From positions 1 to 53,661 of the IMG/VR virus record IMGVR_UViG_3300037634_002371: a DNA stretch of 53,661 nucleotides, one strand, 5' to 3'. Positions within the stretch are counted from its first letter, which is position 1, and each line of letters begins with the position of its first letter. Position numbers and translations under genes: made by a program. Of the stretch, positions 18,323-26,980 are shown piece by piece. Below the pieces are notes generated by a model. It searched no databases. It was not told where the DNA came from and saw only the letters and a list, made by a program, of their open reading frames with translations. This DNA comes from a virus. Taxonomy: Duplodnaviria; Caudoviricetes.

Positions 18323-20620
18323 CTATATTTCACACGAGTCGCAATCCTCGTCCTCCTCTTTTATTTCATCTGTCCACGCTATCGGGTGTACAGGTTCTTC
18401 AAATTCTTTCTTACTATCATATGTATTCTGATAATAACTTGTCTTCCATCCTAATCTATATGTTGTTAATAAATCCTGCACCATTACTGATAATGGTACT
18501 TGGCCATTTTCATAATGTTCAGGATTATAAGACCAATTGCTTGAAATAGCTTGGTCAAAATATTTTTGCATAACTGCAACTACATTTATATAACCATCAT
18601 TTGATTTCATATCCCAAAGTAATGTATAAAAGTTTTTCAATCTTACATATTCAGGTACTATTTGTTTTAAAGGTCCTTTTTTAGATTTTTTAACAGACAA
18701 ATAATCTCTTGGTGGTTCAATACCATTTGTTTCATTTGATACAACCGATGAAGATTCAGATGGCATTTGTGCTGATAATGTACTGTGTCTTAATCCATGT
18801 TTCTTTATATCTTTTCTTAATTCTTTCCAATCATAAGTCAATTCTCTACTAACTATTTCATCAACCTCTTTTTTATATGTATCAATAGGTAAAATACCTT
18901 CAGCGTATTTTGTTCTATCAAAGGCAGTACACTTACCTTTTTCTTTTGCTAATTCAACACTTGCTTTTAATAGATAGTATTGGAATGCTTCTGTTAATTT
19001 ATCTACTTGTCTCCAAGCTAATTTCTGTTCATATGAATAACCTTTTTTAGCAAGATAATGAGCTAAACCAATATAACCTATCCCTAAACTTCTTCTTGCT
19101 TTTGTAGATAATTCTGCTGCTTTAATAGGATATTTCTGATGGTCAATAACTTCATCTAAAGCTCTTACTGTAAGGTCACATAAAGGTTCTAATTCATCCC
19201 TTCTGTTTATTTGACCCACATTGATAGCAGATAAAATGCATAAAGCTATTTCACCTTCACCATCAATGTGTTGTAGTGGTTTGGTTGGGAGTGTAATTTC
19301 TTGGCATAGATTTGACATACTAATTTTATCTTTAAAAGAGGAGTGTTCATTACAATGGTCTATATTCATAATGTAAATACGACCTGTTTCAGCTCTCTCT
19401 TTTAATATACTCATAAACAAATCCTGAGCTTTAACTTTCTTTTTCTGTATTGACCTTTTTGATTCTGCTGTTTCATATAACTTATCAAAATCTTTCGTAC
19501 CCCACGCTTCATATAATTCAGGAACTTCGTGTGGTGAAAATAAAGTTATATCATCATCTTTAATAAATCTTTCATAAAATAACTTTGATAATTGAATTGA
19601 ATAATCTAATTTTCTTACTCGGTTGTCTTCGGTACCCTTGTTATTTTTGAGTACAATAATATCTTCAATCTCTTTGTGCCAAATCGGGAAATGAACCGTA
19701 GCAGAGCCACCTCGTACACCGTTTTGAGTACAGCACTTGACTGTCGCCTCAAATTTTTTAAGGAACGGGATAACTCCTGTATGTTGGACTTCACCACCAC
19801 GAATGCGTGAGTTAATACCACGGATTCGACCTGCGTTAATCCCAATGCCAGCCCTTTGAGCAATATAGCGTCCAATGGCCATATCACTAGAAAAAATACT
19901 AGGTAAAGTATCATCAATGTCAACCAGAACACAACTAGCGTACTGACGCATAGGAGTCCTGACACCAGCCATAACGGGAGTAGGTATATTAATTTTAAAT
20001 GTTGAAATAGCGTCATAATATTTTTTAACATATGTCATCCTTTTGTTCTTTGGATAATTTGAAAATAAAACAGCTGCAATCATCATATACATAAACTGTG
20101 GTGTTTCATATATAATTCCTGTAGACCTGTCTTGTACTAGGTACTTATCTATTACTTGTCTTAATCCTGCGTAAGTAAAATCATAATCTCGGTCGTGCTT
20201 TATCCAATATTCCATTCTGTCAAATTCTGATTTATTATATAAAGATAAAATATTTTCATCATAATGCCCTTTATCAATAACTGCTTTAAGATGGTCATAA
20301 AAGTGTGGGTGGTCCCATAATTTGTGAAATATTTGTTTTCTTAAACTGAATAAAAGTAGGCGGGAAGCAACATAGGTATAATTTGGAGTGTCTAATGAAA
20401 TTAAATCTGAAGCTGACTTAATCATTATTTGTTGAATTTCATCCGTAGAAATTCCATCATAAAATTGTAAGCCACTATTCATCTCAACTTGTGATGAAGA
20501 TACACCTGCTATATCTTCACAAGCATACTCAACCATAGCATGGATTTTTTCAATATCTAATTTTTCTAAACCACGACCATTTCTTTTTTTAACATTTATA
20601 GACTCATTATTGGACACCAT
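18323..20620 (-). CDS. nrdA: ribonucleotide reductase class Ia alpha subunit
   Basis: N-terminal ATP cone (VKKRNG), PTPVMAG, ASCVL, SNLCQEI, MPSESSS, KTSYY, C-terminal CDSC. Confidence 0.98.
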   Translation of the reverse strand: MVSNNESINVKKRNGRGLEKLDIEKIHAMVEYACEDIAGVSSSQVEMNSGLQFYDGISTDEIQQIMIKSASDLISLDTPNYTYVASRLLLFSLRKQIFHKLWDHPHFYDHLKAVIDKGHYDENILSLYNKSEFDRMEYWIKHDRDYDFTYAGLRQVIDKYLVQDRSTGIIYETPQFMYMMIAAVLFSNYPKNKRMTYVKKYYDAISTFKINIPTPVMAGVRTPMRQYASCVLVDIDDTLPSIFSSDMAIGRYIAQRAGIGINAGRIRGINSRIRGGEVQHTGVIPFLKKFEATVKCCTQNGVRGGSATVHFPIWHKEIEDIIVLKNNKGTEDNRVRKLDYSIQLSKLFYERFIKDDDITLFSPHEVPELYEAWGTKDFDKLYETAESKRSIQKKKVKAQDLFMSILKERAETGRIYIMNIDHCNEHSSFKDKISMSNLCQEITLPTKPLQHIDGEGEIALCILSAINVGQINRRDELEPLCDLTVRALDEVIDHQKYPIKAAELSTKARRSLGIGYIGLAHYLAKKGYSYEQKLAWRQVDKLTEAFQYYLLKASVELAKEKGKCTAFDRTKYAEGILPIDTYKKEVDEIVSRELTYDWKELRKDIKKHGLRHSTLSAQMPSESSSVVSNETNGIEPPRDYLSVKKSKKGPLKQIVPEYVRLKNFYTLLWDMKSNDGYINVVAVMQKYFDQAISSNWSYNPEHYENGQVPLSVMVQDLLTTYRLGWKTSYYQNTYDSKKEFEEPVHPIAWTDEIKEEDEDCDSCEI

Positions 20621-20632
20621 ATGACCTCCTGC

Positions 20633-21646
20633 CTAACAACGCTTGTAAGAATTTATTTTGGTTAATGCTGATAAACCTGAATAGGTATTATCTGATATAA
20701 TTTGTTGTACTTGAGATTTTGTTTTGCCTTTAATTATCATTTCGTTAATATCTTTTTCCCTTATGTTATCTGGCCAAATTATTAAACTATAATCTTTATC
20801 TATCACTTTATACATCCTATCAATAATATGCTTATTTCTAGGCTCATTATCAAAGACAAATACAACGTCTTTTGTTTCTACTGGTAATACTAAATCAGCG
20901 CCAGCAGCCGCTATACAATTATCAAGGAATAAACTATCTAGTGGACCTTCTACTATGTATAATCGTTTATGAAGATTGATAGTATTAAGTCCATAAATTT
21001 TCTGTTTATTCTCCTGAAGTTTAATTGTTATATATTTTGGTTGTTCTTTACCAAAAGCTCTACCTTGGATTGCAAACACTTCATCATCTACATCATAAAA
21101 AGGTATGACTAAACGTGGGTGTTCATATTGTTTATTTAGTTCATTGAAAGTCCCTGGTCGTATGGTATTTACATACGCTTGGAACCTATCAGTATAAAAT
21201 AATTTACCAAAAAATTCTTCAGGTATTTTTCTTTTTACCAAATATTTTTTGGCAGGATGTTTATCATCTAAACTATTAAAAGATTTAAGTCCTTGTAGAG
21301 GCGTAGATTTAAGCTTCTCTTTAGTAGTATTTTTAAACTGCTTAAATAAATCAGGTTTAATTGAAGTTTTATTTCCTTTATATTTCTCCAAAATATATTG
21401 GTCATATAATTGTCTATCAATACTCTTTATAAAATTTGCCAAATTATGGGAAGACCCACAATTATGACACTTAAAAAACATATCTACTTTAACTCGATAT
21501 AGATATGCTCTTGCTTTTGTTTTACTCTTTTTAGAGTCACCACAAATTGGACATCTAAAATTAAAGAGATAATCTCTTTTCTTTTTAAACTGTTGTAATC
21601 TAGGTTGAATTTTATTAATATAATTTAAATCTACATAACCACTCAT
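20633..21646 (-). CDS. 61: T4-like DNA primase gp61
   Basis: NFRCPICGDS...FKCHNC zinc finger, IQGR, IVEGPLDSLF and FDNEPRN TOPRIM motifs, KDINEM; ATG at 21646. Confidence 0.93.
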   Translation of the reverse strand: MSGYVDLNYINKIQPRLQQFKKKRDYLFNFRCPICGDSKKSKTKARAYLYRVKVDMFFKCHNCGSSHNLANFIKSIDRQLYDQYILEKYKGNKTSIKPDLFKQFKNTTKEKLKSTPLQGLKSFNSLDDKHPAKKYLVKRKIPEEFFGKLFYTDRFQAYVNTIRPGTFNELNKQYEHPRLVIPFYDVDDEVFAIQGRAFGKEQPKYITIKLQENKQKIYGLNTINLHKRLYIVEGPLDSLFLDNCIAAAGADLVLPVETKDVVFVFDNEPRNKHIIDRMYKVIDKDYSLIIWPDNIREKDINEMIIKGKTKSQVQQIISDNTYSGLSALTKINSYKRC

Positions 21647-21652
21647 ATACAC

Positions 21653-21681
21653 ATTATATTATATATATCAAAAAATGTCAA
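21653..21681 (-). promoter_or_regulatory. consensus sigma70 promoter for the primase-nrdA-nrdB-thyX run
   Basis: TTGACA (21681-21676), 17-bp spacer, TATAAT (21658-21653). Confidence 0.85.
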
Positions 21682-21692
21682 GCTTTTCAGTA

Positions 21693-22163
21693 TTAACCGA
21701 AGTGTTTAAATATTGCCTCAAAATTGCCAGATAACACCAGCCCTGCTATAATACAACCCCCTAAAATCAAGTATCTCCATCTCTCTAATACACCTACTCG
21801 TTCAGCAAATCCATTTTTCATTGACCTAATTTCTATCATTAATTTTTGCTCTGTTAAATATAATAATTCTTTAAATTCTTTTGATGTAGTATTAATTCTA
21901 CTATGTACTTCCTTTATATTATCGTCTGTTTCAGCTCGCCTATTTTCAACTAAATCATATAAATTTTTATCAGCTACTTCTTGTTTAATAATTCTTTCTT
22001 CGTGTACAGCCAACATTTGTTTAATACTTGTTGAAACATCTGTAAGCTTTTCAATAGCATTATCAATTCTACTATGTATATCTCTAGCATTCTTTACATC
22101 TTTTTTTAAAGAAGCAATATCTACTTTTAATTCTGTTTGATTACTTTCTGGCATTGATGGCAT
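21693..22163 (-). CDS. coiled-coil protein with C-terminal TM anchor
   Basis: heptad-rich body, LERWRYLILGGCIIAGLVL tail. Confidence 0.75.
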   Translation of the reverse strand: MPSMPESNQTELKVDIASLKKDVKNARDIHSRIDNAIEKLTDVSTSIKQMLAVHEERIIKQEVADKNLYDLVENRRAETDDNIKEVHSRINTTSKEFKELLYLTEQKLMIEIRSMKNGFAERVGVLERWRYLILGGCIIAGLVLSGNFEAIFKHFG

Positions 22164-22171
22164 ATCTTATC

Positions 22172-24331
22172 TTAATCCGTTTGTATAATTGTTATATTTT
22201 GTTGGCTGGAACTACTGCCAATATCAAAGTGTTGAGCTTCTGTATCTTGTATAATTTGAACATCTGCCTCATCAGCAGTTTCAATTTTTAGATATGCCCT
22301 ATGACTATCATTATATCTATTTATAATTGAGTACCCACTAACAGATGTATCAATATCAACATCAAATTCATTATTTAATGTTGACGCTCTTCCTGTTGAA
22401 GTGGTACTTGTAGATACTCCATCAACTGTTGTAGTTAAAGTTTGAGTAATATCTCCTGTAGTATAATTTAAAATTTCTCCACTAGCAGTTACCGTTGTTT
22501 CAGAACCACTATTGTCAACCCATTCGGTACCACAACTAGAATTAGCATTGTTCCAATAGTAACCATAGTATTCACAATCCCACTCATTATCTACGGTTGC
22601 TAACCATTGCGTTAATTCTGAATCTTGGTCATAATCATCCTCATAACCATATTCTTCTTCCAATGTTGTAGAATCATCTCCTGAATCGTCATATGTTCCT
22701 GTATAGTACCAACTAGATGTATTGTCATAAAATTTACCCCAATCTTCATTGGTCCATTCGGAAACATATTTGTCTTTTAATCCTTCCATCTTCCAAGGTT
22801 TAGGTTGTCCAGAACACCACTCTGGATTATCCCAAGTACCACACCAACCATACCATTTTTTAAATAATTTTCTAGCATCTTTTTCCCAACTAGTATAATC
22901 TTTAAACAATGACCAGTCATCTTTGTACCATTCATTTAAGTAATCTAAATATGGTTGGTCACACCAAGAACCCCAACCATTATAATCACAGAAATTTTCC
23001 ATTGTTAAAGTTGGTGGTCCACCAGCAGCAATATAATCTGCATTACCATAATAGGTTGATGGTGTGTTTATATCAAAATCATCCCAATCATATCCAACAA
23101 ATGTTGATGTAGCTTCATCTTCAACCTCATCGGTTATATCATCCTCTTTTACTTCTACATTGTAAGAAGTTAATCCATATTTTTCTAAAGCAGCATTATA
23201 ATCATCATAATAAGCATCCCAATCAACCTCTTCCCAATCAACCTCGTCCCAATTAATTGTGTCCCAAGTACAATCTGAACAACCAATGGCGTCAAAGTAT
23301 GCTTGGTCCATTTCTGAATACATCTGTTTAGCGTCATCCCAATCCATAGTCTTTTCACCTTCAGCATCCCATACTGATACTTGATTGTCTTCGTCAATAT
23401 ATCCCCAATCTTTTAAATCGTCTTCCCATTCATCATAATAGGAAGTATCAACATCCGATTCTACATTTGCTTGGTCTACTGCGGTTTCTTCTACTGATTT
23501 TGAATCTAATATTGTTTCTGTTCCAGAAGTACCTAAATCGGAAGTAGCGTCATATGTTTCTGCTGTTTCTGTAATTGTAACCTCTTCAGAAATAATAGCT
23601 TCTTCCATCTTCTGGATTTCTTCCTGCATTACTTCATTATTTTCTGCTCTATCAAATTGTTGGTCGTGCTTTTCTTTTATATCATCATCAATACTATCAA
23701 TATCAAACAAATTCTTTTTCTGGATTCTATTTAATGCCGATGGAGTTTTAATCATAATATCAGAACCAACTACGGTTACGGAAGTATATACATTGGTTAA
23801 TGTTTGAGAACCTGCCTCATTGGTTACGGTTACTTGTCCTACATCACCAGAACTATCTGGTAATAATGTGATTGTTGTTTGACCTGAACTATCTACTGTA
23901 CCTGAAAAAGCAGTACCTTGCATAGTTATAGTTGCTGTTGGTGTAACTAATTCAACCTCACCACCTAAAGTAGATACCTGTCCTGACTCGTATGTAAATG
24001 TACCAACATTAACTGATATGTTCATAGCAATTTCTATTGGTATAACAGAAGTATCAAAAGCAAATTCATCAATAATTAATTCTGTATTCGGACCCATTGT
24101 AAATTTAGTATCATCTTTATAATGTAAAATCATACCACCATCTTCTCCTGTTTGGAGAAAGTCGTTCATTTCTAAAAGATAACCTTTAATTACTGTTTCA
24201 GTTTGTCCATCTCTTTCGTTCCAAGTTTGACCCATTTTATCTGCAACTGAACCAATGGTTACAGCAAGCGCACTAGTACAAAAAAGTACCAGAAAGGATA
24301 CTAAAAATAATAACTTTCTCATTTTTAACAC
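22172..24331 (-). CDS. exported FecR-domain protein with long acidic, Trp-rich extension
   Basis: signal peptide (ALA), LQTGEDG...DDTKFTMGPNTELIID...GTFTYESG...TPTATITMQGT FecR-type beta domain; C-terminus NITIIQ. Confidence 0.8.
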   Translation of the reverse strand: MLKMRKLLFLVSFLVLFCTSALAVTIGSVADKMGQTWNERDGQTETVIKGYLLEMNDFLQTGEDGGMILHYKDDTKFTMGPNTELIIDEFAFDTSVIPIEIAMNISVNVGTFTYESGQVSTLGGEVELVTPTATITMQGTAFSGTVDSSGQTTITLLPDSSGDVGQVTVTNEAGSQTLTNVYTSVTVVGSDIMIKTPSALNRIQKKNLFDIDSIDDDIKEKHDQQFDRAENNEVMQEEIQKMEEAIISEEVTITETAETYDATSDLGTSGTETILDSKSVEETAVDQANVESDVDTSYYDEWEDDLKDWGYIDEDNQVSVWDAEGEKTMDWDDAKQMYSEMDQAYFDAIGCSDCTWDTINWDEVDWEEVDWDAYYDDYNAALEKYGLTSYNVEVKEDDITDEVEDEATSTFVGYDWDDFDINTPSTYYGNADYIAAGGPPTLTMENFCDYNGWGSWCDQPYLDYLNEWYKDDWSLFKDYTSWEKDARKLFKKWYGWCGTWDNPEWCSGQPKPWKMEGLKDKYVSEWTNEDWGKFYDNTSSWYYTGTYDDSGDDSTTLEEEYGYEDDYDQDSELTQWLATVDNEWDCEYYGYYWNNANSSCGTEWVDNSGSETTVTASGEILNYTTGDITQTLTTTVDGVSTSTTSTGRASTLNNEFDVDIDTSVSGYSIINRYNDSHRAYLKIETADEADVQIIQDTEAQHFDIGSSSSQQNITIIQTD
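23217..23266 (-). repeat. 15-bp imperfect tandem repeat encoding WDTIN-WDEVD-WEEVD-WD
   Basis: tcccaatcaacctc(t/g) twice, then tcccaattaattgtg and tccca. Confidence 0.7.
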
Positions 24332-25413
24332 CCGCCAGTTATCGTATTAGTATAATCTGCTGTTTGATTGTTTCTGTTATATGAATAATTACAACTATCA
24401 TTACCGTCTTGATTCACGTGTAAAGTATAGTCGTATATTGAATCACCTGATACATAAAGGTAAGCATAGTTGTCATCATTAAGTTGTTTAAGATTAACAT
24501 TTGCGTCATCTGTATAAAGATAAACATATGCTTTATTGTCATCACCATTTGCATAGTAAGTAAATGTATTATCGTTTCCACTTGTAACCGTTTTCAACCA
24601 ATTGTCATCACCTCTTTGTATCATCCTTACGTGGCTGCTTGTACAACAGGAATGAACATCTAAAATATTTGAATTACCTATGACATCATGGACCATATAA
24701 TTGCTTTCGCCCCAAATTCCTGCGTGGACAGTATTAGAATTTCCTACAATGTAAAAATCTATTGTTGCACCTTCATCACCTGAATCATCTGCAAAGACAC
24801 CGTGAGAAGCAACATCAGGACCTATCATTACATTTGCTTTAGATGAACCAACCATACCTTTTGATTCTGCTTTGTTACTATAAAACTCAACATCATTAGA
24901 ATCTCCACTAATCAACACATATAAGAAGTGTGAATCACCGTGGCTATTCATCCAAAAATCATTTGAGTCTCCTACTATATCTAAATCAACATGGGTGTCC
25001 TGTACATCATCACTTGTATTTGTATCTATTTCTACTATGTTTGAACCACCTGTAATATCAATATCATAATAGTGTCCATCTGCACCTACATCATCTAAAT
25101 CTAATCTTAATACATTAGAATTACCTGTTGCTAAGTAATCAAAGGTCATATTAGAACCCATAAATGCCCTATGGTTACTATCAGTTGCAATATTACTATT
25201 ACCTATTTGTTTTATGATAAGTGTAAGATTATCTCCATTGATTAAAAATGGATATGATGTACTTATACCAAAAGAATTGCTTGCACCGTCCTGTTTTATA
25301 TAGACAGAACCATCTGCGTCTTGGTTAACTTGCCATATATAAATTGAATTTCCTGCCCAACAGCTAATCGTTGTTGTTAGAAGAATCACCAGAGTCATTA
25401 TTAGTTTCTTCAT
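24325..25413 (-). CDS. curlin-like repeat protein (CsgA/CsgB-like beta-solenoid)
   Basis: signal peptide; more than ten GxxN repeats (QDGASN, QIGNSN, TGNSN, TGGSN, VGDSN, SGDSN, QRGDDN, NGDDN); adjacent to csgG. Confidence 0.75.
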   Translation of the reverse strand: MKKLIMTLVILLTTTISCWAGNSIYIWQVNQDADGSVYIKQDGASNSFGISTSYPFLINGDNLTLIIKQIGNSNIATDSNHRAFMGSNMTFDYLATGNSNVLRLDLDDVGADGHYYDIDITGGSNIVEIDTNTSDDVQDTHVDLDIVGDSNDFWMNSHGDSHFLYVLISGDSNDVEFYSNKAESKGMVGSSKANVMIGPDVASHGVFADDSGDEGATIDFYIVGNSNTVHAGIWGESNYMVHDVIGNSNILDVHSCCTSSHVRMIQRGDDNWLKTVTSGNDNTFTYYANGDDNKAYVYLYTDDANVNLKQLNDDNYAYLYVSGDSIYDYTLHVNQDGNDSCNYSYNRNNQTADYTNTITGGC

Positions 25414-26467
25414 TTGTGTTCTCCTCTACTTCTGCGTCCTTATCTACGTCTGCCCAATCTTTTTCATCAATTAATTCTGTACACTCTTTAGATACTTTAC
25501 CTTGTGGATTAGGGTTTTTATCACAAGCTATTTTTATTTGTATTAATTTTTTTCGTTCTTCTTTTTTAGCTTCTTTTTCTGCTAAATAATCTTCGTATGT
25601 TTTCTCTACATTAGGCTCTTGTTGTTCTATAACTACATTAACCTTTTCTTCTGTAATAACTTCTGCGTCTGATTCTTCAACAACTACTGGTTCAGGTGGT
25701 AGTTTAATTTTCCATAAACCTTTTTCATCACCTTCTTTTATTAATTCTACTATACCTTTTTCTATTGCTTTTCTTACTGCATAGGTAACTGGTTCGTTTC
25801 TTGCTGTACCAACTTCTGTTTCTAATAACATTGTATCAGCGTCAAAATATTTAAATACATCTCCACCAGTTTCACCTGAAAATATAGTTTTCTCAACCAC
25901 TATTGATAATATTACTTCACCACTTTGTACATTAACTAATCTTAAAATAATAGTAACTATATCTTGTCGGTATTGTTTATGTGCTTGAATACCTAAAATT
26001 CTTGCACCAATACCACCTGACTTTACATCACTATCATAACCTATAATACCACCTGTAAGATATGCACCTGCAAATAATAATGGTGGTAAAGGTTCTGCTT
26101 TATCTCCATCAACTTGTTGTCTTGTGGAACGAATTAATTTTCTTTCTTGTAATAAACTTGGGAGACTTGCTCTCTCAACAACTCTAAACCAACTACCATC
26201 ACCTGCGTCTTGTAATGCTTTAATTAATATTTGATATGCACCTTGGGTTACTGCCGTACTCATTGTAGCATAATTGCCACCAGGTTTCTTTTGACCTGTC
26301 ATATCAATAAAATCATACACAGCAATTATAATAGATTCACCTACAGGTGCTTCTATTGTAGTTAAAGTTTTAACTACTGGTACTTGTTTTCTAACATCAA
26401 AGTCTGGTTTACCTGCACAACTAACTAGCAATAATGTTAGTAAAAAAACTGCTATACTTTTAAACAT
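25364..26467 (-). CDS. csgG: curli secretion channel lipoprotein CsgG
   Basis: lipobox LVSC, AVYDFIDMTGQKK, STAVTQG, WFRVVER...LLQERKLIR, GGIIGYD, QYRQD, NEPV. Confidence 0.93.
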   Translation of the reverse strand: MFKSIAVFLLTLLLVSCAGKPDFDVRKQVPVVKTLTTIEAPVGESIIIAVYDFIDMTGQKKPGGNYATMSTAVTQGAYQILIKALQDAGDGSWFRVVERASLPSLLQERKLIRSTRQQVDGDKAEPLPPLLFAGAYLTGGIIGYDSDVKSGGIGARILGIQAHKQYRQDIVTIILRLVNVQSGEVILSIVVEKTIFSGETGGDVFKYFDADTMLLETEVGTARNEPVTYAVRKAIEKGIVELIKEGDEKGLWKIKLPPEPVVVEESDAEVITEEKVNVVIEQQEPNVEKTYEDYLAEKEAKKEERKKLIQIKIACDKNPNPQGKVSKECTELIDEKDWADVDKDAEVEENTNEETNNDSGDSSNNND

Positions 26468-26931
26468 TATGAATTATCTTCCTTAGGTAAAGTATATGTT
26501 GTCACGGTGCCATCTGTTTCTGTGACAACTACGGTAACGGTATCTGGTGACTCACCAGATGTTGTTGTCCAAGTTATTACTTCACCACCAATTGGTGATG
26601 TAAATGTACCAGAGTCTTGTTGTAGACCATCTGAACCAAATACATTATCAGTAATTTGTTTTGCTAAAGCAGTATAAAATCTTGCTTCTAAATTTGCTTT
26701 AAATTTGTTGACCGCTAGTGCCTTCTTATCTGCTATGACTTTATCAGCCGCAGCTTTTTCAGCAGCTTTTATTGCGTCTTTACGAGTTTTCTCAATATTC
26801 TCTACGGTTAAATAATGTGATGATTTTCCTTCCCCACTAAAGGATGGGCTATCAAAATCAAAAGTTAACTCACTTGCATTTGCGATAGAATATATTGATA
26901 ATATTGTTAGAATTGTAATAATTGCTCTCAT
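26467..26931 (-). CDS. csgF: curli assembly factor CsgF
   Basis: signal peptide then SELTFDFDSPSFSG (CsgF N-terminal FxFxxPxFxG), SGTF, TYTLP; coupled to csgG. Confidence 0.82.
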   Translation of the reverse strand: MRAIITILTILSIYSIANASELTFDFDSPSFSGEGKSSHYLTVENIEKTRKDAIKAAEKAAADKVIADKKALAVNKFKANLEARFYTALAKQITDNVFGSDGLQQDSGTFTSPIGGEVITWTTTSGESPDTVTVVVTETDGTVTTYTLPKEDNS

Positions 26932-26955
26932 ATATCTCCCACTTATGTTCGTATA

Positions 26956-26963
26956 TATTTATA
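26956..26963 (-). promoter_or_regulatory. T4-type late promoter for the csgF operon
   Basis: TATAAATA on minus strand about 25 nt upstream of the csgF ATG, with GGGAG SD. Confidence 0.7.
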
Positions 26964-26974
26964 CTAAATAAATA
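26963..26974 (+). promoter_or_regulatory. late-promoter-like element for the adenylate cyclase
   Basis: ACTAAATA and overlapping AATAAATA ending 6 nt before ATG 26981. Confidence 0.5.
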
Positions 26975-26980
26975 TTAAAT

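Noticed and set aside
19615-20031. 138-aa alternative-frame ORF inside nrdA
   Set aside because: Overlaps the most conserved part of nrdA; nrdA is continuous and normal length, so no intron, intein or frameshift is needed
23185-23397. 70-aa alternative-frame ORF in the FecR gene
   Set aside because: By-product of the repetitive Trp/Asp codons; no SD or independent support
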